Assembly: GCA_040879765.1 (NCBI GenBank)
Contig: JBBDJQ010000001.1
Location: 271,747 to 335,746 of the forward strand
DNA from: Candidatus Pacearchaeota archaeon
GTDB taxonomy: Archaea; Nanobdellota; Nanobdellia; Pacearchaeales; GW2011-AR1
Direction of reading: 5' to 3'
Length of the DNA stretch: 64,000 nt
The translations under genes were made by a program, and so were the position numbers. Below are positions 40,106 through 49,023 of this stretch, in pieces. The first letter of the stretch is position 1. Each line of letters begins with the position of its first letter. The notes beneath the pieces are model-generated. The model was not told where the DNA came from and did not search any database. It worked only from the letters and a program-made list of their open reading frames with translations.

Positions 40106-41635
40106 ATGGACAAAAAAAGAATAATAGAATCTCTAAGTGCGAATGAAGTAAAAATTTTGCCTTTTTTAGAAGAAGGAAGTTTGGATAAAATTTCTGAGGT
40201 TTCTGGATTGGATAAAATTTCTGTAAGCAGAGCTTTGGAATATCTTGAAAATAAGAAAATTGTTTCGGTGATCTCCGAGAAGAAAAAGATAATAGACCTT
40301 GGTGTTAATGGGATTTTGTATAAACGTAGGGGGCTGCCTGAAAGGAAAATAATGGAACTTCTTAAAGATAAGAAAGCAATCTCTATGAAAGATGCTAAAA
40401 AGAAATCTTCTTTATCTGATGAAGAATTTAAGGCTTCTATTGGAATTTTGAAAAGAAAAGATATGATTGATTTGAAAAATGAAAATATACTCTTAAATTG
40501 TAATGGGGAAAAAATTTCTAAGAAATCATTGGAAGAAATTTTCATAGAAACTTTACCCATGGAAGAAAGTAATTTTAGCGAAGAACAAAAAATAATTTTA
40601 AAAGATTTGGTTAAAAGAAAAGAAATAATCAAAATTTCTGAAGAAAAAAGTACTTTTGTTGAAGTCACTAAGTTTGGAAAATCTTTTACTGATTTAAAAT
40701 TGAAAACTGATTTTATAGAACAGATAACTCCAGAAATTTTGAAAAAGGATTCTAATTGGAAGGGGAAAAAATTTAGGAGGTATGATGTTGATGCAAGAGT
40801 TCCTAAAGTTTTCGGAGGAAAGAGGCATTTTGTTCTTCAGGCTGGAGATTATGCTAGGGGAATTTGGAGGGATATGGGCTTTGAAGAAATGTCTGGAGAT
40901 ATGGTTGTAAGCTCTTTATGGAATTTTGACTCTTTGTTTACCCCCCAAGATCATCCAGTTAGAGAAATGCAAGACACTTTCTTTCTTTATGGAAATTTGA
41001 GAAAAGATGATTTTCCTGATAAGAAATTAGTTGAGTCTATAAAAAATGCTCATGAAGGAAAGATAAAATCTCTTGGTTCGAAAGGCTGGAATTATTCTTG
41101 GAGTGAGGATAAAGCTAGAAAACTTGTTTTGAGAACTCATACAACTATCCTTTCTGCACAAACTTTAGCAAAATTAAAGGATACTAAGAATTTACCAAGG
41201 AAATTTTTTGCATTGGGGAAATGTTTTAGAAATGAAACTCTTGATTGGAGTCATGGGTTTGAATTTAATCAAACAGAAGGAATTGTTATTGATAGGGGCG
41301 CAAATTTTAGGCATCTTTTGGGTTATTTGAAGCAATTTTTCCATAAGATGGGATTTGAAAAACTTAGATTCAGGCCCGCGTATTTTCCATATACTGAACC
41401 AAGTGTGGAAATAGATGTTTACCATGAGGAAAAGAAAACTTGGTTGGAACTTGGAGGGGCGGGAATTTTCCGTCCTGAGGTCGTGGTTCCATTACTTGGG
41501 GAGAACATCCCTGTTTTGGCTTGGGGTCCTGGATTTGATAGGACCATAATGGATTATTATGAAATCAAAGATTTGAGGGAATTATACAAGAACGATGTAA
41601 ATAAATTACGGAATATGAAATCCTGGATGAAGTAA
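40106..41635 (+). CDS. pheS: Phenylalanyl-tRNA synthetase alpha subunit
   Basis: WNFDSLFTPQDHPVREMQDTF, FRNETLD, YFPYTEPS, ELGGAGIFRPE. Confidence 0.97.
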   Translation: MDKKRIIESLSANEVKILPFLEEGSLDKISEVSGLDKISVSRALEYLENKKIVSVISEKKKIIDLGVNGILYKRRGLPERKIMELLKDKKAISMKDAKKKSSLSDEEFKASIGILKRKDMIDLKNENILLNCNGEKISKKSLEEIFIETLPMEESNFSEEQKIILKDLVKRKEIIKISEEKSTFVEVTKFGKSFTDLKLKTDFIEQITPEILKKDSNWKGKKFRRYDVDARVPKVFGGKRHFVLQAGDYARGIWRDMGFEEMSGDMVVSSLWNFDSLFTPQDHPVREMQDTFFLYGNLRKDDFPDKKLVESIKNAHEGKIKSLGSKGWNYSWSEDKARKLVLRTHTTILSAQTLAKLKDTKNLPRKFFALGKCFRNETLDWSHGFEFNQTEGIVIDRGANFRHLLGYLKQFFHKMGFEKLRFRPAYFPYTEPSVEIDVYHEEKKTWLELGGAGIFRPEVVVPLLGENIPVLAWGPGFDRTIMDYYEIKDLRELYKNDVNKLRNMKSWMK

Positions 41636-41636
41636 A

Positions 41637-42011
41637 ATGGGAATGAAAGAAATATTATTAATATGTAATGAAGGAAAAACGAGAAGTAAATATTTAGCAG
41701 GATGCCTTAAGAAAAAAGAAGATCCTACAAGGATGGGTGGCGCAAGCAAAAGTGCAAAAGTAAAACTAATCCAGAATAAAATTGATTGGACCGACAGGAT
41801 TGTTGTGACAGATGGATCTGTATTAAAAAAACTTAGAGATAGATACAATTTACCAAAAAAAGAGGGGATAAAAATTAACGTATCAGATAACTTTCAATAT
41901 TATCCAAAAGCAAAAGAAATATTAGATAAATATGCAAAATTGAGAAAGAAATTTTTGGAAAAACACGTTCATCCAAATTTAAGAAAACAAATTAATAAAA
42001 AATTGAATTAA
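41637..42011 (+). CDS. Low-molecular-weight phosphatase-fold protein
   Basis: ILLICNEGKTRS (C-x5-R P-loop); IDWTDRIVV. Confidence 0.6.
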   Translation: MGMKEILLICNEGKTRSKYLAGCLKKKEDPTRMGGASKSAKVKLIQNKIDWTDRIVVTDGSVLKKLRDRYNLPKKEGIKINVSDNFQYYPKAKEILDKYAKLRKKFLEKHVHPNLRKQINKKLN

Positions 42012-42012
42012 C

Positions 42013-43680
42013 ATGGCGATAGTAACTTTTGATAAAAAAACTTTTGAAAAAGAAATAGGGAAGTTCGATGAAAAGATGGAAAATAAGATTTCTATGTTTG
42101 GGACTCCTGTGGAGTCAGAAGACTCTAAGGAAATTCAAATAGAAGTTTTTCCAAATCGTCCAGACCTATTATCCTATCATGGATTTAAGAGGAGTTTTCT
42201 TTCTTTCTTAGGAAAATCTCCAGGTATGAAAAACTATTCAATGAAGAAACCAAAATCTAACTTCAAAGTTATTGTGGATTCTTCTGTAAAAAATGTAAGG
42301 CCTTATACTTCTTGTGCAATTGTTAAAGGATTAAAATTGAATGACAATAAAATAAAAGAGATAATTGAAGTTCAGGAAAAGCTTCATTTGACTGTTGGAA
42401 GGAAAAGAAAGAAACTTGCTATTGGGATTTATCCTTTGGATAAAATTAAACTCCCAATAACTTTCAAAGCCATAAATCAGAAGGAAATAAATTTTGTTCC
42501 TATGGGTTCCACTGAAAGTATGAGGGGAGATGAAATTATAAGGAAACATCCAACCGGAAAAGAATATGCTCATTTGCTTAAAGGAATGGATAAGTTTCCA
42601 TTGTTTGTAGATGCTGAAAATAATGTTTTAAGTATGCCCCCAATAATAAATTCGGAATTTGCTGGAAAGATTACTGAAAAAACAAAAGATGTTTTTGTCG
42701 AATGTTCTGGTTTTGATGCGGGGCTTTTGAAAAAATGTATGATAATTCTTTCAACTATGCTGGCAGATATGGGCGGAAAGATTTATCAGATGGAAATAAA
42801 ATCCTCTAATTTTAAGAAAGAAATTTCTCCTGATTTTAAATCGAGCGAAATGAAGATTTCAATAAATAATGTTAGTAAGTTAATAGGTTTGGAGTTTGAT
42901 GAATCGAAAGTGAAAACCCTTTTAGAAAAAATGGGTTATAATTATAAGAAGAATTCAAATTCTGTTGAAATTCCAAGCTGGAGAACAGATATTTTGCATG
43001 AAGTTGATTTAATTGAAGACATTGCAATTGCTTATGGTTATGAGAACCTTGTTCCAGAAATTCCAAGCATCTCTACAATTGGTTCTGAAAATCCTAAGGA
43101 AACTATGAAAAGGAAAATTTCTGAAATTTTTTCAGGTTTGGGATTTTTAGAAGTTTTGAATTATCATTTGACAAATAAAGAGAATCAATTGAAGAAGATG
43201 GGGGAGTTCAAAAAAAAACTTATGGAAATAAAAGGATCTAAGTCAGAATATAATTTGCTTAGACGTGATTTGAGTCATTATCTTTTGAAGAATTTTTCAG
43301 AGAATAGTGATTCTGAATATCCTCAAAAATTATTTGAAATTGGAAGGGTTTTTGATTTAGAAGTAGATAATGTGGTTGAGGGAGAAAATCTTTCTTTTGG
43401 CGTTTCAGCTGGGGGATTTACTGAAGTAAAGCAAACTTTAGAATATTTGTTTAAAATGATTAATTTGAATTTTAAACTTGAAGAACCTAAAGAAACCGAA
43501 GAAGTTCCAAAATATTTGGTTAGAGGGAGAATTGCTTCTGTTGTTTTAGATGGAAAGAGTCTTGGATATTTTGGAGAAGTCCACCCAAGAATTTTAAGAA
43601 ATTGGAAAATTAAGATGCCAGTGGCAATCTGTGAGATTTCTTTGAAAGAAGTTTTTGAGAAATTAAACCAGATATCTTAA
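42013..43680 (+). CDS. pheT: Phenylalanyl-tRNA synthetase beta subunit
   Basis: PNRPDLLS, QEKLH...GRKRKK, LSMPPIINS, DILHEVDLIEDIAIAYGY. Confidence 0.97.
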   Translation: MAIVTFDKKTFEKEIGKFDEKMENKISMFGTPVESEDSKEIQIEVFPNRPDLLSYHGFKRSFLSFLGKSPGMKNYSMKKPKSNFKVIVDSSVKNVRPYTSCAIVKGLKLNDNKIKEIIEVQEKLHLTVGRKRKKLAIGIYPLDKIKLPITFKAINQKEINFVPMGSTESMRGDEIIRKHPTGKEYAHLLKGMDKFPLFVDAENNVLSMPPIINSEFAGKITEKTKDVFVECSGFDAGLLKKCMIILSTMLADMGGKIYQMEIKSSNFKKEISPDFKSSEMKISINNVSKLIGLEFDESKVKTLLEKMGYNYKKNSNSVEIPSWRTDILHEVDLIEDIAIAYGYENLVPEIPSISTIGSENPKETMKRKISEIFSGLGFLEVLNYHLTNKENQLKKMGEFKKKLMEIKGSKSEYNLLRRDLSHYLLKNFSENSDSEYPQKLFEIGRVFDLEVDNVVEGENLSFGVSAGGFTEVKQTLEYLFKMINLNFKLEEPKETEEVPKYLVRGRIASVVLDGKSLGYFGEVHPRILRNWKIKMPVAICEISLKEVFEKLNQIS

Positions 43681-43914
43681 GGTTTCTTCAACTCCAACTA
43701 TTACAGGTAAGGAAGGTATGGCTCTTTGATAAGTATGAACAATCATATCGTAAGCAAGAACTTTCCACTGCGTTCTTGGAGTTGGCAAAGGTTCTTCGCC
43801 TTCCATGTCAAATATTTCAATCATGTGGGTTAATGAACCAAGTTTTGGAATAAAATGGTTTGGGTTGTATAAATCCGAAAATTCAATATCTTTTACTATT
43901 TCTTTTTTTGCCAA
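43663..43914 (-). CDS. Hypothetical protein
   Basis: 83-aa ORF, TTG start next to upstream gene's stop. Confidence 0.45.
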   Translation of the reverse strand: MAKKEIVKDIEFSDLYNPNHFIPKLGSLTHMIEIFDMEGEEPLPTPRTQWKVLAYDMIVHTYQRAIPSLPVIVGVEETLRYLV

Positions 43915-43916
43915 CT

Positions 43917-44405
43917 TTAACCAAAATACCCCTTTTCTTTTTCTTCTAGTTTTCTATCCAATCCTTTTTCCGCATTTTCAATAGAACTAAAGATTTGATT
44001 TTTTATCCCTTGCCAAAAATTATATGATTCTTTTATGAATTTGGCTTCTTTTTCTTCGGAATATACAAAGTCTAATTTGAATAGCTCAATTTCTTTTTTT
44101 GCTAAATTTTTGTAAATTTCTCCAAAAGATCTTTTATCTTCTGGACTCATAGCTTTGGATAATGATATTATAAAAACTGGGGCATTGACAGGATTCAAAA
44201 GAGTTTCAATAAATCTCAAAGTATTGTATAACCGGTCTGCGATAAACTTCCTTATTTCCCTTATAAGAAAATCAGTTTCATTCTCACATATTTTTTCTAT
44301 TTGGAAGTCTTCATTAAGTTGTTCAAAAGTAGGCAACTCGTATTTTTTTTGAAAAGAAGAACATCTTTTTTTAAGTTCGTTTAAAGTTAATTCAGTATTT
44401 GACAT
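43917..44405 (-). CDS. Hypothetical helical protein
   Basis: KKYELPTFEQLNEDFQI...C-terminal GYFG. Confidence 0.75.
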   Translation of the reverse strand: MSNTELTLNELKKRCSSFQKKYELPTFEQLNEDFQIEKICENETDFLIREIRKFIADRLYNTLRFIETLLNPVNAPVFIISLSKAMSPEDKRSFGEIYKNLAKKEIELFKLDFVYSEEKEAKFIKESYNFWQGIKNQIFSSIENAEKGLDRKLEEKEKGYFG

Positions 44406-44618
44406 AGTTAAGAATTGAAGTTAGAGTTTTATAAAATTAACTGGTTGCTTATTGTCGCTTTCAAAAGAACTTTAGTAACAAGCATATCCAATTAATACTT
44501 CTAGAATATTAGTGGAAGAAAAAGCCGAAGCAATTTCTTCCGGTGCCTAACCGAAGTTAGACAGATTTCATAGGAAATTTGATTATTTAAAGTTTTCGGT
44601 GGTGGTTTAAATGAGATA

Positions 44619-44741
44619 AGCCTGTGCTGAGAATCGAACTCAGGACCTCGACATGTTTGGATTGTTTCAATCGAAACACTCGGAAAATCAAAGATTTTCA
44701 AGTTACCAATGTCGCGCTCTAACCAGCTGAGCTACACAGGC
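44619..44741 (-). tRNA. tRNA-Thr(GGT) with 49-nt intron (44655-44703) at 37/38
   Basis: GCCTGTG/CACAGGC acceptor; spliced arm CGACA-TT-GGT-AA-TGTCG; TTGG/CCAA helix with TAA and ACA bulges. Confidence 0.92.
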
Positions 44742-44835
44742 GTAGCTATTCCGTTCGCTTTGCTCACTATAAAAGTATCTCCTATCACGAAGGAATAATC
44801 AGATAAAAAAGAACGCGTTTAAAAAACCTTTAGAA

Positions 44836-45108
44836 TTATTTCTTTTTGAAAACTTTAGCGAACCAGAAAACTAAATAGGCAATAATCAGTGCTAAAACAA
44901 TAAATCCCGTTATAACTGCAGTCATGGAAAACACGTCTGCTAGAAATTCATTTCCAGTAACCTGATATAGTCCTGTTGAAATTAAAAATAATCCTAAGAA
45001 AATTGCAAAATATTTGAACACACGATTCATTTTATTTTGTGTAGATCTTGAAACTGGCTTCTTTGAAGTTTTTCTTGAAGCAACTTTTCCCACCTTTCTT
45101 TTTGCCAT
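44836..45108 (-). CDS. Small membrane protein
   Basis: Basic N-terminus plus 2 TMs. Confidence 0.7.
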   Translation of the reverse strand: MAKRKVGKVASRKTSKKPVSRSTQNKMNRVFKYFAIFLGLFLISTGLYQVTGNEFLADVFSMTAVITGFIVLALIIAYLVFWFAKVFKKK

Positions 45109-45144
45109 GCTTTATTAAATGAAAAAACCTTTTTAAATATTATG

Positions 45145-45462
45145 TTAGGTTGATGTGTGATTTCCAAACCAATCAAGCGAAATTGCCTGCGTCGTAATTG
45201 CTTTTAGGTTTGAGAAAAATCCCCCAATCCATGAAGCATATAACTTAGTTGCTTCAACTATTCCTCCAATGGTTGTTAAATCTACATTGTTATTTTGTCC
45301 AATAGTTGCCATTCCAGCATAACCTACAATAACTAAAACTATCAATCCTATTGCAATTAACTTGTGCTGGAATCTTTTCATCTCTATAACAAACCAGATC
45401 CCTAATGAGATCATTGTTAGAACAAAGATGCTTGTCCAAGAGAAAATTCCTTCCATTGCCAT
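45145..45462 (-). CDS. Small membrane protein
   Basis: 2 TMs; G...A.KLY..W motif. Confidence 0.7.
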   Translation of the reverse strand: MAMEGIFSWTSIFVLTMISLGIWFVIEMKRFQHKLIAIGLIVLVIVGYAGMATIGQNNNVDLTTIGGIVEATKLYASWIGGFFSNLKAITTQAISLDWFGNHTST

Positions 45463-45538
45463 AATTTATAATACTAATGAAAGTATAAAAGTTTTTGTAT
45501 CCGTTAAGGTTTTAAATTCTCAATTGTAAAGAATTTAA

Positions 45539-45611
45539 AGCCCTGTAGTACAGTGGTCAAGTATGACTGGTTCTGGGCCAGTTGACCCAGGTTCGAATCC
45601 TGGCAGGGCTA
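45539..45611 (+). tRNA. tRNA-Gln(CTG)
   Basis: AGCCCTG/CAGGGCT acceptor, ACTGG-TT-CTG-GG-CCAGT, T-loop TTCGAAT. Confidence 0.95.
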
Positions 45612-45682
45612 TGCTCTGACAGCAAACCCGAAAGGAGGTTGACTGTCAAGGAACCTTGGTTCCTTACACCTGGCAGGGCTAT
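45599..45682 (+). repeat. 14-bp direct repeat of the tRNA-Gln 3' end flanking two hairpins
   Basis: CCTGGCAGGGCTAT at 45599-45612 and 45669-45682. Confidence 0.9.
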
Positions 45683-46008
45683 TTAAGACTGGTAAAATTT
45701 CTAACAAGTTTTCCTCATATGTAATTATGACCCTTTAAAGAAATGCAAGAATAAATACAAATTGATTCGTAATTTTTAATCAAACTATTTATTTTTTCAG
45801 CCTCATTATTATTTATAAAAGTATAGCATCTAAAATGGCATTTCTAACAGACATCAACACAATCACTTTTTGTTTTGCAATAATTTGTATTATCAATTTC
45901 AAACTTGATTAAATTCTTCCCAGTATAAACAAATAAAAATATTAAAACTAAGATTATAAATAACTTCAGCCTAATTAATACAAGAGTTAATCTTTTACCT
46001 GCTTTTAT
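45679..46008 (-). pseudogene. Decayed gene for a membrane-anchored Cys-rich protein
   Basis: One frame: ATA start, TM, NYCKTKSDCVDVC*KCHFRCYTFINNNEAEKINSLI...CIYSC; in-frame TAG (45846) and TGA (45717). Confidence 0.55.
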
Positions 46009-46082
46009 ATTTTATTTATAAGATTTATTTTTATATACTTTTTTATGAAAAAAATTTATAAGCACCAGTGACAATCAATAAT

Positions 46083-46466
46083 ATGTTAAACTTGGAAAAA
46101 TATGCAAAACCTATACTAAGAATTGGAATGAGTTTGGTTTTTCTTTATTTTGGAATTAGTCAATTAATTTCTCCTGGGCAATGGGTAGGTTTTGTCCCAA
46201 ATTATGCATTGGTTTTTGGAATCGCTACAGAACAAATCGTCTTGATGAATGCTCTTCTTGAAATAAGTTTTGGAACTTTGCTGATTATCGGACTTTATAC
46301 TAAAGTTGCATCAATTATACTTGCCCTGCATCTTGTTGGGATAACTTTTTCATTGGGAATAAATGATTTAGGAGTCAGAGATTTTGGATTGACAGTTGCA
46401 ACTTTTGTAACATTCATAAATGGTCCTGACCAGTTCTGTCTTGACAATAAATTTAAGAAAAGATAA
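46083..46466 (+). CDS. DoxX-family membrane protein
   Basis: ILRIGMSLVFLYFG, EI.FG.LLIIGLYT, GVRDFGL. Confidence 0.85.
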   Translation: MLNLEKYAKPILRIGMSLVFLYFGISQLISPGQWVGFVPNYALVFGIATEQIVLMNALLEISFGTLLIIGLYTKVASIILALHLVGITFSLGINDLGVRDFGLTVATFVTFINGPDQFCLDNKFKKR

Positions 46467-46497
46467 AATTTATAAAAGAATTATTTTTTAATAAATT

Positions 46498-46905
46498 ATG
46501 AATAAATTAGTTTTAGGGGTTGTTGTTTTGCTTGTTGTTGCATTAGGGGGATTTTTTCTATATCTAAATTCAAATCCAAACTCTTCTGGAAGTGTAGTGG
46601 ATGAAGTTAATGGAGATGTAAAAACTTTTGTTTTGGAAGGTGAAAATTTTAGATATGTGATGGATGGAGTTGATAACCCTGAAATTAGAGTTAACCAAGG
46701 TGACATTGTCAGAATTGAATTTACAAGTGTTGGAGGTTTCCATGATTGGGTTGTTAATGAGTTTGATGCCAGCACAGAAAGAGTAAACGAGGGTGGTTTA
46801 GCAATGGTGGAATTTATTGCAGATAAAAAAGGAGAATTCGAATATTATTGCAGTGTTGGAAGCCATAGGGAATTTGGAATGTTTGGAAAATTCATAGTTG
46901 AATAA
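46498..46905 (+). CDS. Membrane-anchored cupredoxin
   Basis: IRVNQGD.V, HDW, YYCSVGSHREFGM type-1 Cu ligands. Confidence 0.88.
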   Translation: MNKLVLGVVVLLVVALGGFFLYLNSNPNSSGSVVDEVNGDVKTFVLEGENFRYVMDGVDNPEIRVNQGDIVRIEFTSVGGFHDWVVNEFDASTERVNEGGLAMVEFIADKKGEFEYYCSVGSHREFGMFGKFIVE

Positions 46906-47368
46906 AATGAAAACTTGGCTAATTTCTTTGATAGTTGTTGGAATCCTTGGAGTTGTTTTATTTTCTATATTTTCATTTTCTCAAGATTCTGAAGAAATAG
47001 ATAATCTAAATGTTGGAAATGAAGTTGAAGATTCATTAGAAGATTCGGATGTCACTCTTGATGATGTAGATAATACTGATACAGTAGAAGGAATAGTTGA
47101 AAAAAGTTCAGAGCCTCAAACATTTACTATAGAGATAATGAATTTTGATTATTCTAATAATGAGCTTGCAATAAATTTAGGAGATGCTGTTATCTGGACA
47201 AATCAAGATTCTATTGGTCACACAGTTACTTCTGATTCTGGAGGTAAGATCAATTCTAGTTTGTTAAGTAAGGGAGAAACATATTCTAAAACATTTAATG
47301 AGGTTGGAAGCTTTTCATATCATTGCGCTCCACATCCTTATATGAAAGGGACAATTGTTGTCGAGTAA
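46898..47368 (+). CDS. Membrane-anchored plastocyanin/amicyanin-like blue copper protein
   Basis: WTNQDSIGHTVTSD, YHCAPHPYMKG. Confidence 0.92.
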   Translation: MNKMKTWLISLIVVGILGVVLFSIFSFSQDSEEIDNLNVGNEVEDSLEDSDVTLDDVDNTDTVEGIVEKSSEPQTFTIEIMNFDYSNNELAINLGDAVIWTNQDSIGHTVTSDSGGKINSSLLSKGETYSKTFNEVGSFSYHCAPHPYMKGTIVVE

Positions 47369-47409
47369 TCTAGCAAATCTTTTAAAGAAATACAATTTTA
47401 TATCTATGC

Positions 47410-47604
47410 GCCCCGATAGTTCAGAGGCCAAGAATGCCGCCCTCTCAAAACTCCGAAAGTCAATTTGATATTCTAATAAAATAACTGGAGGAGAAAAAAG
47501 AGGAGTGACTTTGACTCGATGAGAGAAGATTAAGTCTAGCATCTAAATGCAGCTTGCTCTTTTGGAGAACGGCGGTGACCCGAGTTCGAATCTCGGTCGG
47601 GGCG
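47410..47604 (+). tRNA. tRNA-Glu(CTC) with 122-nt intron (47448-47569)
   Basis: GCCCCGA/TCGGGGC acceptor; spliced arm CCGCC-CT-CTC-AC-GGCGG; BHB helix CTCT/GGAG with CAA and AAC bulges. Confidence 0.92.
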
Positions 47605-47663
47605 TTGGACATTTATGTCCCAAAAATACAAAGGTTTTTATAGTTCTACGACGATAGTTTTGT

Positions 47664-47915
47664 ATGCCGAAAGATAATGATAAACTAAAAGAAATTGTTG
47701 GAGGAACGTTTAAGAGAGTTGTTTCTGATTTGATAGTTGGAATATTATTCTATGCCTTTATGCCAATTCATTGGATTTTTGTAGTTATGTTTATTTTATT
47801 CATTGGGGGAAATATTTATACAATAATTTATTCTGCAATTGAATTAAATGACTTTAAGCCATTGATCTATTTCTTAATGACAAATTGGGTAGGAGGTTCA
47901 GATGGCGAACAATAA
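47664..47915 (+). CDS. Small membrane protein
   Basis: 2 TMs; overlaps integrase start. Confidence 0.6.
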   Translation: MPKDNDKLKEIVGGTFKRVVSDLIVGILFYAFMPIHWIFVVMFILFIGGNIYTIIYSAIELNDFKPLIYFLMTNWVGGSDGEQ

Positions 47916-49011
47916 GATTGAAGTGCATAATCGTAATGTTGAAGTAAGAATAAAGGCTACAAAAGATTGGAATATTTCAGATGAAGATAAAAAAGATTTC
48001 TATAAATTTTTAGATGATTTGGGTTTGGGCAAAGTTAACAGAGGTTTTAAGATTTCAAGAAGTAGACAGTTAAAATATTTGGATTTGTTAAGAACGCCTC
48101 TTGAATTTTGGAATAAGCCAACTTCTAAATTAACCCTTAAAGATGTTGAGAAATTTGAGAAAGCTTTGAGTAGCGATGAAATAAGATCTAAGATAAAGGG
48201 TGTTTACGCAAATGAAACAAAGAGGGATATTAAATTAGCACTAAGAATTTATTTGAAATGGAAATTGGGAGTTGCCAAAGCTTCTGAATTAGCTGGATGG
48301 TTAGACACGAGAAGAGTCGCAAGAACACCCGATTACATTAAAGAAGTTGATGTTGAGAAGTTGTATAAGGCTTGTAAGTCTGCCTCTGAGAGGTTCTTAA
48401 TCGCCGTTCTTTTCGACTCTGGTGCAAGAATAGAAGAATTTCTTAATATTAGATATGAAGACTTAGAATTGCCAAGAGAAGGCGAAGAATTTGTTAAACT
48501 TACATTAAAAGAAGAATATTCTAAGACTAAGGGGAGAACGATAAGACTTTATTGGAAATACAGTTTAGAAGCAGTAAAAGATTTTCAAAAAGAAAGAGAA
48601 CAGGAGGGAATAAAAGCGAATGAACAAATGTATCCCAAAGCTTACGACCCTACAAGAAAATTTTTACAAAGATTGGGACAGAAGATTTTGAATCGCTCAG
48701 TATCACCTCATTTATTTAGACATAGTTCAGCAACTTATTACGCAAATAAGATGAATAGGCAAGAATTATGTTATCGTTATGGATGGGCTTTTAGTTCTCA
48801 TATGCCAGACACATATATTTCAAGATCAGGAATGATGAATAAAGAATTAGATGTTAAGTTTAAGGCAACAGAAATCAACAAAGTCCAATCTGAATTAGAA
48901 AAACAAAGACAAGAGAATAAGATATTAAAAGACCAAATGCAAAGACAATTAGACGAGATTAGAGAGCAATTAGCAGGACAAAGCCTTAAGCAAATAGCCA
49001 AAAAATCATAA
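47902..49011 (+). CDS. Tyrosine recombinase/integrase
   Basis: SGARIEE (R), SKTKG (K), HLFRHS (HxxR), YGW, DTYIS (Y); SD GGAGG upstream. Confidence 0.93.
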   Translation: MANNKIEVHNRNVEVRIKATKDWNISDEDKKDFYKFLDDLGLGKVNRGFKISRSRQLKYLDLLRTPLEFWNKPTSKLTLKDVEKFEKALSSDEIRSKIKGVYANETKRDIKLALRIYLKWKLGVAKASELAGWLDTRRVARTPDYIKEVDVEKLYKACKSASERFLIAVLFDSGARIEEFLNIRYEDLELPREGEEFVKLTLKEEYSKTKGRTIRLYWKYSLEAVKDFQKEREQEGIKANEQMYPKAYDPTRKFLQRLGQKILNRSVSPHLFRHSSATYYANKMNRQELCYRYGWAFSSHMPDTYISRSGMMNKELDVKFKATEINKVQSELEKQRQENKILKDQMQRQLDEIREQLAGQSLKQIAKKS

Positions 49012-49023
49012 ATCACTTTCATA

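Noticed and set aside
44501..44701. 66-aa ORF, and likewise the 47315-47542 ORF
   Set aside because: Both overlap intron-containing tRNA genes
45679..46008. Stop-codon reassignment
   Set aside because: TAG and TGA terminate many intact genes in the window
47448..47569. Box C/D guide RNA inside the tRNA-Glu intron
   Set aside because: Only a partial box C (GATGA) and no CTGA box D
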